Positions 12,464 through 21,055 of a DNA stretch of 64,000 bases are shown piece after piece. The position numbers and the translations under genes were made by a program. Origin of the DNA: Candidatus Latescibacterota bacterium (GTDB lineage: Bacteria > Latescibacterota > UBA2968); assembly GCA_965198115.1 (NCBI GenBank), contig OZ240241.1, positions 4,320,001 to 4,384,000 on the forward strand. The letters are read 5' to 3'. Under the pieces are notes generated by a model. It worked only from the letters and a program-made list of their open reading frames with translations. It was not told the DNA's origin and did no database searches. Positions within the stretch are counted from its first letter, which is position 1; every line of letters starts with the position of its first letter.

Positions 12464-14503
12464 TCAATTCTTCACGTCGAACAGACGCTTGGCCACGCCC
12501 ACGTTGCCCAACCCATCCACCGCTCGCACGACGATCGTGTACTCTCCAGACGCCAACCCATCCAGCTTCGCACCGAACGCTTCCTCCGTCGAGTCGAAGA
12601 TGTCATCCGACGGGAACAGAACGTGCCACGGTCCCGCGTTCAGAGAATAGGCAGCTTCGACAAGGGCGGTCGTCGCGTCGCTCATCCGACCCTCGATACG
12701 CACGGCCCCGGATGACAGCGTCGAAATCTCCAGCGAAACGACGGGCGGTGTGTGATCGATCTCGAACGGCTCGCTCAGTCTCTCGGCCGACAGGGCCAGA
12801 TGCGGCGGATTGCTCGCCTCGTCGGAAACCGTCAACCGAACCTGCATCGCGCCTTCGGGTGCCGACTCGGTGTTCCACGTGTAGCTGGTGGCCGTCAGGT
12901 CGTCCTCGAGAAGCTTCCAATCGCGTTCGGCTCGACCCTTGAAATGCAAGGCGTAGACAAGATCGTCATCGTTCACGTCCGCGCCGGACCAATCGAGCTT
13001 CCAGACTCCCCGAGCGTCCGACCCTCCGACCGACCCACGGGGACCGTTGGGGCCGCCCTTGGCCTGCGGCCCATCCCCGTTCGCCTTCGACCCGGGTGCC
13101 GAGACACGGAACGTCAGCACCATAGGCCGGACGTTGTCTTGCAGCCCCGCGATCCTGACGCGCCGCAACAGAGGAGATGATCCGCCACTCCCGGTCAGCG
13201 TCGCACGATACTGAATGAACCTCGCTGCAGGACTCGCAATGCGCCCGTCTGCGACGACCGCCCAATCGCTCCAGGTCTCATCCGGCGTCTCGCGATTCCC
13301 ACTCCGTGTTTCGAACCCGAGCGACGCCCCCTTTGCCGTCTCAGCCTGGGCGGTCAGCTGACCCCAGCGGGAAACGAGACCGAAGTCTTCGGGTTCACTC
13401 GTCAAAACACCCTTCGCTGAGGCTCCGGAATCGATCGACCAGATCTTCCCCGTGCCGGCGGAGCCCAGCCATCCGCCACCGCGACCGTTCGATAGAAACG
13501 TCCAGGGCGACGCCTCGTGCAGACGCGCGACCAGGGCGTGACCGCCCCGTGGATAGACGTGGTGGAGCCCTCCCTCGTCGCCCGTGACGATCTCGATTGC
13601 GCCGTCCGCGTTTTCGCCAACCGACAGCATCATCGCCGCCGACGTCTCCCAAAGCCTGTAGCCCGAACCCGACGGCTGAATCGCGTAGAGCGCGGACCGC
13701 GAACGGGATCCTGGGGACTCTGCGGCGCGCGAGCTCCCACCCGATGGCGTCACACGGACATCCTGCGACATCGCGCCGGCATACAGTGTGCCGTCGGCGG
13801 CGAGGGCCATCGTGTGAACTTCGTTTTCTATCGCATCGTAAAGCACGGTCGCGTCTTTCTCCTCGATGCGATAGATCAACCCATTTTCATCCGTGCCGGC
13901 GTAGAGGATTCCGTCGGACCTCCGTAGCAGCGAAACGACATTCGCGTCGGCGGCCTCGAGCACTGTTTCGACATCGCCACCCAACGACACGGACACGACA
14001 CGACCTTGCTGCCCACCGGTTGCGGCGTAGATGCGCCCGCGAGCGAGCGCGAGTGCCCATACGTGGTGATCGCCTGTGTGTGCGAGCGTTCTCGGTTCCT
14101 TCCCGGGTGAGATGGCATAGATCAACCCACTTGGCGACGATCCGGCGTAGACCGTTCCGTCCGACCCCACCACGAGGGCGAAGATCGCCACTTCGGGTGA
14201 ATCGAAGACGAGCTCAGGATCACCACCGGAGGAAATCCGGTAGATCCGCCCTTCGTTCCCGGTTCCCGCGTAGATCGTTCCACTGCCGTCCTGCGCGAGC
14301 GACCAGACATAGCTCTCGTCGGTCGTGGCAAACGGAGCGACCGAAGGTCCGAGACGTACGGTCCCCTCCCGTGACACCGACAGATCCTGGATCTCTCCTT
14401 CGAGGAAATGCGCCTGGGTATCCTGTTCCCAGATTCGGGGTTCGACGGCGCACACGTGATGCGCACCGATAAGAATCGAAATCGACAGCCAAAGCGCCTT
14501 CAT
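12464..14503 (-). CDS. Secreted beta-propeller protein with C-terminal FN3/Ig-like domains
   Basis: Signal peptide; repeated G-x-[IVL]-YAG-[TS] blades; ETRSGN...PDETWSDW...ARFIQYR; coupled to the S55 gene. Confidence 0.8.
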   Translation of the reverse strand: MKALWLSISILIGAHHVCAVEPRIWEQDTQAHFLEGEIQDLSVSREGTVRLGPSVAPFATTDESYVWSLAQDGSGTIYAGTGNEGRIYRISSGGDPELVFDSPEVAIFALVVGSDGTVYAGSSPSGLIYAISPGKEPRTLAHTGDHHVWALALARGRIYAATGGQQGRVVSVSLGGDVETVLEAADANVVSLLRRSDGILYAGTDENGLIYRIEEKDATVLYDAIENEVHTMALAADGTLYAGAMSQDVRVTPSGGSSRAAESPGSRSRSALYAIQPSGSGYRLWETSAAMMLSVGENADGAIEIVTGDEGGLHHVYPRGGHALVARLHEASPWTFLSNGRGGGWLGSAGTGKIWSIDSGASAKGVLTSEPEDFGLVSRWGQLTAQAETAKGASLGFETRSGNRETPDETWSDWAVVADGRIASPAARFIQYRATLTGSGGSSPLLRRVRIAGLQDNVRPMVLTFRVSAPGSKANGDGPQAKGGPNGPRGSVGGSDARGVWKLDWSGADVNDDDLVYALHFKGRAERDWKLLEDDLTATSYTWNTESAPEGAMQVRLTVSDEASNPPHLALSAERLSEPFEIDHTPPVVSLEISTLSSGAVRIEGRMSDATTALVEAAYSLNAGPWHVLFPSDDIFDSTEEAFGAKLDGLASGEYTIVVRAVDGLGNVGVAKRLFDVKN

Positions 14504-16317
14504 CGTCCCTCTTTCTCTGTCGAAGATGGTGACGTCCGGCGGTGCGTGCCGCCGAATCGCAGCCCCGGTTGCTGGTCACCCACGTAGAGGAAAACGGTCT
14601 GGCTTCCGGACAGGACATAGTCGGTCGACACGCGTTCGTGAGAGAGCACCGAACTGCTCACGGCCGCGATTGAACCACTCTCGCGCCCCATCGCCAGGGC
14701 TGCAAGAACCGACGGCGGAAGGACGGCCATTTCCCGCCCCTCGATTGTCGCCCCCCGCCGTTGCGCGGAAAGCTCGATCACCATCTCGTCATTCCTGGGC
14801 AACTCCCCGAGCTTCCGAAGCAGGTGTGAGATGTCCTGGGGGCGATACTCCGCCGGAACCCGCTTGGCGTCGGCCGTGTTGTGATCTTTCGCGCTCGAAA
14901 CACGCAAAGTCAACTGCTGGTCCTTCACGAACGACGGCAGCACGACCGACGTCGCGATCTCGTGCGGTTCGCCCAGGTATGGCCGGACGATCACACGGAG
15001 ATCGACCGCATCGCCAGCCTCGAAACGGGACCGGTCCAAACGGACCCCGACGATTTTTGCGGCGTGAACCGTTTCGACCACGTCGAGATCGAAAGAGGCG
15101 CGCACCACCCGCACCGTCTCATACGGGTTCTGAACCAACATATCGAACGGGCGCGTCACACCACCGATACTCTCGCCGAGCCCGAGTGGACCCGCATAGA
15201 CGTTCTCGAGTTCGAGTGGATCGTATCCATCCAGCTCGATCGTCGAGCGGGTACTTACGGTCACCTCACCCGCCGCCTGCTGTGACGTGATTAACGCACT
15301 TACGATCGAGGCCTGCGTGTAGAGCGGTCCAAACCTCCGATCCCGCAGCACTTCGATCTCGTAGGTCTCCTCACGGCTCGGCGACCGAACGACGATCGAA
15401 ACCGGCATCATATCCACGGTCTGTCCGAGAACACCCCCGATACCCGGTGCGCGATCTTGCGTGACGGCACCGATCTGGCGCACGGCAGACCCGATTTTAA
15501 AAGAGATAAACTGGCTTGGGATGACGTCGTGGATGAACGCCGTTGTCATGGGCAGGGAGGTCGTTCCGCTGAACATCATCGGATGTCCCCACGCGATTGT
15601 ACGATCTCCTTCGATCCACGTAAGCGTCCCGATGCTCGTCATATCCAGGTCGCCCCGCACGAATTGTACGCCGATGGCAGCTCCTGGCTCCAGTGGCCCA
15701 TCGGGCAGGGAAGCGTCGGCACCGCCGGTACCCTGGACGGGGAGAAGCCCGTAGGGCGCGAGTCGATCGCGGAGATCATCGACGACCGAAGAAGCGAATC
15801 CCGAGGCGAAGACGGGCGTCGTCACCGGTCTGAGAGAAGCCAGGTCCATCGAGTTCAGGGGGTCGTGCTTCCGAGATAGAGAAGAGGTAGCCCCCATCCG
15901 AGTTGCCGGCACGGTATCCGGTCGATCCAGTATTTCGAGCATCTCTTCGATCGGGGTAATTCCCATAACCGCCTCTTTGGAAAAAGCCCACCCCAGCGCG
16001 ACTGCCCCGATCAGCTTGCCGTCCACGAACACGGGACTTCCACTTATGCCCAGAATGCCCTGAGTCCGGTCGATCGTTTCGCCCGAAAGACGTGCAAGAA
16101 TCACATCGGACCTGGCTCCGAAGACATTCTTGACGACTCCCAGGATCTCGACGTCGAAAGAATCGATTTTCGTGCCGTGAAACACCGTCCTGCCTACGCC
16201 TTTCATCCCCCGAGTAACAGCATCGGTAGGAAGAATGTCGGGTTCACTTCCGACGGGGCTGTCGAGAGCCCCGACCAGTAGCACGAGTAGAGCCGTTAGA
16301 ATCAAACGAAAATGCAC
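14500..16317 (-). CDS. SpoIVB-like peptidase S55 domain protein
   Basis: Signal peptide; GMKGVGRTVF, F.VEILGV, GISGSPVFVDGKLIGAV, GTLTW...WGHP. Confidence 0.88.
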   Translation of the reverse strand: MHFRLILTALLVLLVGALDSPVGSEPDILPTDAVTRGMKGVGRTVFHGTKIDSFDVEILGVVKNVFGARSDVILARLSGETIDRTQGILGISGSPVFVDGKLIGAVALGWAFSKEAVMGITPIEEMLEILDRPDTVPATRMGATSSLSRKHDPLNSMDLASLRPVTTPVFASGFASSVVDDLRDRLAPYGLLPVQGTGGADASLPDGPLEPGAAIGVQFVRGDLDMTSIGTLTWIEGDRTIAWGHPMMFSGTTSLPMTTAFIHDVIPSQFISFKIGSAVRQIGAVTQDRAPGIGGVLGQTVDMMPVSIVVRSPSREETYEIEVLRDRRFGPLYTQASIVSALITSQQAAGEVTVSTRSTIELDGYDPLELENVYAGPLGLGESIGGVTRPFDMLVQNPYETVRVVRASFDLDVVETVHAAKIVGVRLDRSRFEAGDAVDLRVIVRPYLGEPHEIATSVVLPSFVKDQQLTLRVSSAKDHNTADAKRVPAEYRPQDISHLLRKLGELPRNDEMVIELSAQRRGATIEGREMAVLPPSVLAALAMGRESGSIAAVSSSVLSHERVSTDYVLSGSQTVFLYVGDQQPGLRFGGTHRRTSPSSTEKEGR

Positions 16318-16359
16318 GCAAGTGCCTTTAGTTTTGGGAGTTTATCCTTCAAGGCCAAG

Positions 16360-16388
16360 AATCTACCGTTGGTAGGTAAGCGTGTCAA
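16360..16388 (-). promoter_or_regulatory. sigma70-type promoter for the S55-propeller-rib-nusB-secA cluster
   Basis: TTGACA-N17-TAGATT on the minus strand. Confidence 0.7.
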
Positions 16389-16472
16389 GCCGGCTGGTTC
16401 GGAGAGGACCCTTTACTGGTAAGAAAAGCGGTCCGACCTTAAGGGTATCGCCTTCCACTTCGGTGAACAAGC

Positions 16473-16501
16473 TTGTGACCTCAGGATTCGTGAATTATAC
16501 T
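16473..16501 (+). promoter_or_regulatory. sigma70-type promoter of rlmH (near-leaderless mRNA)
   Basis: TTGTGA-N17-TATACT ends 8 nt before the ATG; no SD. Confidence 0.6.
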
Positions 16502-16509
16502 GTCGATTC

Positions 16510-16995
16510 ATGCGCATCGCGCTCCTGACCGTCGGACGGTGCAAGGACCCCCCGCTACGCGAGGCCGGCGACGGATACGCCAAAAGACTCGGTCATTACA
16601 CCACATTTGTGGAGAAGCACGTGGCCGAAGAACGGGCGAGCAAGGGTCGTGGAAGCAGATCCCACGGGATTCGGCAGATCGTAGCAGCCGAGGGTGAGCG
16701 CATCCTCGGTGCCGTTCCGGATCGAGCTTATCTGGTTGCGATGGATGCAGCGGGTGAATCGGTCGATTCTGCTGGATTGGCGCGGAAAATAGAGGAAATC
16801 GCGACACGAAGCGTGGCTGTGCTCACCTTCGCTATCGGAGGCGCCTTCGGCCTGTCCGATGAGGTGATCACGCGAACTGACTGGCGTCTATCGCTGTCGA
16901 CCATGACGTTGCCACACGAAATGGCACGTCTAATCCTATTGGAGCAACTCTACCGCGCCTTTACGATCGTGCGCGGCGAAAACTATCACAAATAA
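16510..16995 (+). CDS. rlmH: 23S rRNA m3-pseudouridine1915 methyltransferase RlmH
   Basis: FAIGGAFGL, LSLSTMTLPHEMARLILLEQLYRAFTI..GENYHK. Confidence 0.97.
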   Translation: MRIALLTVGRCKDPPLREAGDGYAKRLGHYTTFVEKHVAEERASKGRGSRSHGIRQIVAAEGERILGAVPDRAYLVAMDAAGESVDSAGLARKIEEIATRSVAVLTFAIGGAFGLSDEVITRTDWRLSLSTMTLPHEMARLILLEQLYRAFTIVRGENYHK

Positions 16996-17254
16996 GGCCC
17001 GAGGGCGGTGGTCCCAAACAGCCGGGGAGAGATGATTCCGCGTGTGTGGTAACACCTCAAGGAATCCGGCTGTCTAAAGACGCACCTGTCCTCGGGTCGC
17101 TTCTTTTAGGCGAAACGATCGGCCGACGAGTCGAAAGCTTTTTGGGGAGCTACAGCGCGATTTCCGGAGGGGATACAAACTGCAGAAACCATCGTGCTTC
17201 GCGGGTGAAACGCGATCGTTTTCGTAACAGGAAAGGAGCCCTTCTGCTCAAAGC
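16996..17254 (-). ncRNA. Candidate novel structured ncRNA (~260 nt), convergent on rlmH
   Basis: Own promoter; several long stems; terminal ~100-nt hairpin whose + strand mismatches become G-U pairs on the minus strand; followed by UUAUUU. Confidence 0.6.
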
Positions 17255-17260
17255 AATCTC

Positions 17261-17289
17261 ATAATAAGCCATTGTTTTTGCTGAGTCAA
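17261..17289 (-). promoter_or_regulatory. sigma70-type promoter of the candidate ncRNA
   Basis: TTGACT-N17-TATTAT. Confidence 0.7.
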
Positions 17290-17385
17290 GAGCAATGAGG
17301 GCGAGCTCGGAAGAGCAGTCGAAGAGGGCGTTAGAGGCCGCCAAAACCGAACGGAACGGAACGCGCGGACAGAGTGTTTGGTGGG

Positions 17386-17601
17386 TTAGTTGAACGACTG
17401 AAGTCGGAAACGGTAACGCCTGTCTAGACGACGAACCATGCCTCGGATGCGCTCCGACCGAGCGACGTCGTCGATGAGGGCGTAACAGAATCCAAGGTAG
17501 GCGAGATGGTGTCTGAACCGTCGATCGGGTTCCCGAATCACGCGGACGCCTTCCGGGGTGGAGGTGCGGTCCAGGGTGCCGGCCTGGGGGTAGGTTGCCA
17601 T
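17386..17601 (-). CDS. Small basic hypothetical protein (71 aa)
   Basis: GGAGA RBS before ATG; promoter TTGGTA-N17-TACAAT at 17703-17675. Confidence 0.55.
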   Translation of the reverse strand: MATYPQAGTLDRTSTPEGVRVIREPDRRFRHHLAYLGFCYALIDDVARSERIRGMVRRLDRRYRFRLQSFN

Positions 17602-17744
17602 TCTGGGTCTCCGTTTCGAACTCCGATTGAAGCTCTCTTACTGTGACGCACCACGACCGATCAACGTTCCATCTATTGTAGTGCACATGCGTTCATCTAC
17701 CAAGACTCTTTTTCAACAAATAGACAGAATGTGGCCACACGGCC

Positions 17745-17773
17745 TTGATCTTATCCGACCACAATGCGATATT
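17745..17773 (+). promoter_or_regulatory. sigma70-type promoter (extended -10)
   Basis: TTGATC-N17-GATATT with TG at 17765-66. Confidence 0.55.
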
Positions 17774-17779
17774 CGTCAA

Positions 17780-17966
17780 ACTGATTCACCAAACTGAACA
17801 AGGAGTCCACGAAGACCCAGTGACTTTACGCACACTCGATTGCCCCGGGAGGAACGGACCCTGTCCCGGACTCGGATAGTCGGCCGGCGCTCGCTTTTCA
17901 GCGGGCCCCGAAGCCGATGCGGCGGCTATGCCCCCTGTCGATACTCATTCGACAGGGGGCTTTTTG
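17780..17966 (+). ncRNA. Candidate sRNA or cis-regulatory leader (~185 nt) upstream of the ECF sigma gene
   Basis: Bounded by a promoter and a strong intrinsic terminator; internal stems (CCGGGA/UCCCGG, GUCGGC/GCCGAU, GCUCGCU/AGCGGGC); six GGA motifs. Confidence 0.5.
17930..17966 (+). terminator. Rho-independent terminator
   Basis: GCCCCCTGTCGA-7nt-TCGACAGGGGGC-TTTTTG. Confidence 0.9.
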
Positions 17967-18064
17967 TTTGTTCCCCTCCCAGTCGCGCACCCCCTCAAAA
18001 ATACGTGCCTCGGCTTGACGACGACCTTCGCAAATCCTGTCAAACCGAAACGGTGAGACTCTCA

Positions 18065-18625
18065 ATGACGCAGCAATCCGAACAGATCTTGATTCAACGA
18101 GCCGTCCGCGGCGACCAGCGAGCCTACTCCAGCCTTTATCACGCCCACTGTGCCCGCATCGCGGCGACCGTCGCTCAACGCACCGACTATGACGACGACA
18201 TCGACGATCTTGTACAGCAAACCTTCATTCGCGCTTTTCGTGCGTTGCCCCGCTTCAGGGGAGACGCTGCCTTTTCGACGTGGCTGACCCGGATCGCGAT
18301 GAATGTGTGCAACAGTCACCACGACGGCCGCCGAGTCACACTACCTCTCGACGCGCTCGATCGCACGCCCGAATCCGCTGGGCATTGCCCGAAGCCAAGG
18401 CCCGATCAGGTCCTTCAACAGAAACAGCAGGTAGGTCGGGTCGTGCGCGAGATCGATGCACTCCCGGAGCGATACCGTCGGGCACTCCAGCTCCATTACA
18501 TCGAAGACCGGCCCTACCCGGAAATCGTCGAGCAACTGGGGGTGCCCTCGGGAACGATCAAGACCTGGCTGCACCGTGGCCGTAACCGTATACGAGCGTC
18601 GATCGAAGCGGCCGACGCCCTGTAA
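18065..18625 (+). CDS. ECF (sigma-24 type) RNA polymerase sigma factor
   Basis: DDLVQQTFIRAFRAL..FRGDAAFSTWLTRIAMN; region 4 LPERYR...YPEI...LGVPSGTIKTWLHRGR. Confidence 0.95.
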   Translation: MTQQSEQILIQRAVRGDQRAYSSLYHAHCARIAATVAQRTDYDDDIDDLVQQTFIRAFRALPRFRGDAAFSTWLTRIAMNVCNSHHDGRRVTLPLDALDRTPESAGHCPKPRPDQVLQQKQQVGRVVREIDALPERYRRALQLHYIEDRPYPEIVEQLGVPSGTIKTWLHRGRNRIRASIEAADAL

Positions 18626-18707
18626 CCGCTTGAGGCGACCAGCGGGCAGTCGTATACTCTCCGTCGTGGTCACCGGTCCGATGTCCAGGAGTGGTTGAGG
18701 AGCTCAT

Positions 18708-19382
18708 TTGTCGTCGAACCTTCGTCAGAAACTGCTGATCCTGTATTTGCATTCTCCTGACCTCAACAGCAAAGTCGTTGCCTGGTCGGCTTACGACGGC
18801 GCGAGGGAGGAGATGAACACCTCGGGCGATTCGGAGGAGCCCCCCTACGGCTCCGTCGTCGAAGCGATGAACGACGGCTGGCGAGTGGTTCAGTTTCCCC
18901 AACAATTCCCGGCGTATCCTGAGTTCTTCTACTTTTCCCACGACACACCACGAGAGATGGGTGGCACGATGTTCCTGCCGGGCAGCCACTTTCGCCGCAT
19001 CTCCGAGTCGGATGTGGCCCGCTACCAGAATTTCCTCGGGCAGGTACCGATGGTCTGCGAAGCAGGTACCGTCGCCGTCGCTCACCACGGAATCTGGCAC
19101 TGCGCACAACCCAACCTGACCGGCAACAAGCGGTATATGTTCAAGCTCCGGCTCAACCCGACCGTCAGGCAGCGTCAACTATGGAACACCCACGACATCG
19201 AGGACCCCGAAATCGGCAAGATTCTGAGCACGAACCACGGGTGGTATGGTAACGAAGTCCGTTTGGAGATCGTCAATCGCATCAGATTCTGGCGCTTTCT
19301 CACAGGTAACGACGACTTCGACGTTTCCTATTGGCTGTCGAGACTCGAGAATAAGCCCGAGACCGAGCTCACCGTAAGCTGA
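18708..19382 (+). CDS. Chimeric ORF: small hypothetical N-terminus joined to the C-terminal half of a PhyH-like dioxygenase
   Basis: GGTMFLPGSH, AGTVAVAHHGIWH and RYMFK match the distal PhyH strands; no HxD motif in the normal upstream position. Confidence 0.6.
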   Translation: MSSNLRQKLLILYLHSPDLNSKVVAWSAYDGAREEMNTSGDSEEPPYGSVVEAMNDGWRVVQFPQQFPAYPEFFYFSHDTPREMGGTMFLPGSHFRRISESDVARYQNFLGQVPMVCEAGTVAVAHHGIWHCAQPNLTGNKRYMFKLRLNPTVRQRQLWNTHDIEDPEIGKILSTNHGWYGNEVRLEIVNRIRFWRFLTGNDDFDVSYWLSRLENKPETELTVS

Positions 19383-19461
19383 CCTTCGGCAGTCGACAGG
19401 TCAGCGAAATCCTGAAACTTCCTTTGCGCAGCTCTGTCTGATTGGAAAAGCGACAAATCTG

Positions 19462-19554
19462 ATGACACGCACACGATCACTCACCGTCACCCAGCGAGCA
19501 GCCGCGATCGTTTTCACCACGATCGGTCCGGATCCGTACGTCCCGCCGGAATAG
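19462..19554 (+). CDS. Putative 30-aa leader peptide MTRTRSLTVTQRAAAIVFTTIGPDPYVPPE
   Basis: Short Thr-rich ORF ending 26 nt before a terminator that originally preceded the MFS gene; weak SD. Confidence 0.4.
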   Translation: MTRTRSLTVTQRAAAIVFTTIGPDPYVPPE

Positions 19555-19580
19555 CTGACGCTCGAGAGCATCTACGCGGA

Positions 19581-19615
19581 GGCCCGCCGGCAGAAATGCC
19601 GGCGGGCCTTTTTTT
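19581..19615 (+). terminator. Rho-independent terminator/attenuator; ISL3 inserted in its U tract
   Basis: GGCCCGCCGGCA-GAAA-TGCCGGCGGGCC-T7. Confidence 0.9.
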
Positions 19616-21035
19616 GGCTATATCCGGATCTCTCAACGAGATGAAGTGGGTGAAGGTGCCGTGGTTCCTGGCATGGGGGCGCGGTTAGAGTGTGCGGAAC
19701 CTCTTCGGAATCTGCTCAGGGATGTTTATGTCTCCGACGGTAAGGAAGATCATATCGTTGAATGCGTCGAGTGTGCGGAATCCGCTGGCTCGGTTCTTGA
19801 CGATTTGGACGATTCGGTTGAGGCCTTCGGCGATGGCGTTGGTAAGACGCGTGTTCACGAATGCGAGGACGCCGAAGAAGTGCTGTCGCAGGGTCCTGAC
19901 GAACTTTCGCAGGGGTTCAAGTCGACTTCTGAGTGCGGACGTCGTCCAGCATTTCAGGAAGCGTTCGGCAGCCCAGGGCGCTTTGTATTCCCAGAACTGC
20001 TCGAACTCGTCCTTGAGTCTCCAGGCTCTATAGATTCGGTAGTTCGCCTTCTCCAGTGCTTTGAGTGTCCGAGTATCCCCTCTGGAGCGTGTCGCTGAGT
20101 GCCGGTAGAGGAGCCATCGGAGGCCCTTCATGGCTTTGCGCTCATCCGGGGCAGCTTTACGCCACTGGTCCTTACGGACCTCGTCAACGGCGGCATTGAG
20201 AGCCTTGACGATGTGAAAGCGATCGAGGACCAGCTTGGCATTCGGACAGTGTTCCTGGATGGCTCCGATGTAAGCTTCGCTCATGTCGCAGCAGGCCCAC
20301 TCGATCTTGGATCTCCGGTAGGGACTGAGAGCCTCTGTGAAGAACCGATCGATCGTTTTACGCGCCCTGCCGCGGCCAACCCACACCACGCAGGAGCGGT
20401 CCAGATCGTAAACGAGCGTGGCGTACCTGTGACGCTTGGCGTAGGAGATCTCGTCGATCCCGATGGTTTTGAGCCCTCGGATACGATGACCTTCACGAAG
20501 CCGCGTGATGGATCGGTGAAGGAGATCCGACAGCGTCGAGGCAGAGATGCGCAGCAACTCGGACGCCGCCTTCTGCGTCATGGTCTGGCAGTAGCGCAGC
20601 ATGGCATACTCGAAGCGATACGTCACCCGAGAGAACCGCTCCGCCCACGGAATCTCCTCGACCACACGACCGTGGGTAGGACACCGAATCTCCCGAGGAT
20701 GGTAGAGAAGCCAGACCCTCCACCCGCACACCGGAATGTCACGCCACCGACGCGGATGGGGCATTGTGCGGACGATTTTACCTCGACGGCCGCACTCCGG
20801 ACAACAACAACCATTCTTATGTGGCTTTACGGCGATGACGAAGCAGCTTCTCCCCTCAAACCACCAGCTGACAACACGGAACCCCTTGAATCTCAGCAGT
20901 TTCGATAGTAATCTGCTCCCGGTCATAGGTCGCACCCCCTTCGCTTTGATTGTCCTACACACACAACCAAGCGTAGGGAACGATCTATGACCTTGTCATT
21001 CTATAGTTTCACCGTTGAGAAACCCGGATAGAGCC
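19616..21035 (-). mobile_element. ISL3-family insertion sequence, copy 1 (1420 bp)
   Basis: IRs GGCTATATCCGGATCTCTCAACG / GGCTCTATCCGGGTTTCTCAACG; T7 duplicated on both sides; near-identical to 29466-30885. Confidence 0.95.
19685..20926 (-). CDS. ISL3-family transposase
   Basis: CPECG zinc finger, IGIDE, CCDM, LDRFHIVK, TNAIAEGLN. Confidence 0.95.
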   Translation of the reverse strand: MTGSRLLSKLLRFKGFRVVSWWFEGRSCFVIAVKPHKNGCCCPECGRRGKIVRTMPHPRRWRDIPVCGWRVWLLYHPREIRCPTHGRVVEEIPWAERFSRVTYRFEYAMLRYCQTMTQKAASELLRISASTLSDLLHRSITRLREGHRIRGLKTIGIDEISYAKRHRYATLVYDLDRSCVVWVGRGRARKTIDRFFTEALSPYRRSKIEWACCDMSEAYIGAIQEHCPNAKLVLDRFHIVKALNAAVDEVRKDQWRKAAPDERKAMKGLRWLLYRHSATRSRGDTRTLKALEKANYRIYRAWRLKDEFEQFWEYKAPWAAERFLKCWTTSALRSRLEPLRKFVRTLRQHFFGVLAFVNTRLTNAIAEGLNRIVQIVKNRASGFRTLDAFNDMIFLTVGDINIPEQIPKRFRTL

Positions 21036-21055
21036 TTTTTTTATTGGAACACAAT

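Noticed and set aside
17150-17686. 178-aa minus-strand ORF
   Set aside because: Starts inside a promoter, runs through another promoter and has low-complexity composition; the 71-aa ORF has the RBS
16996-17966. Calling either RNA candidate 6S, SRP, RNase P or tmRNA
   Set aside because: No end-to-end rod with a central bubble, no SRP domain IV, no GAGGAAAGUCC, no tRNA-like ends or tag peptide
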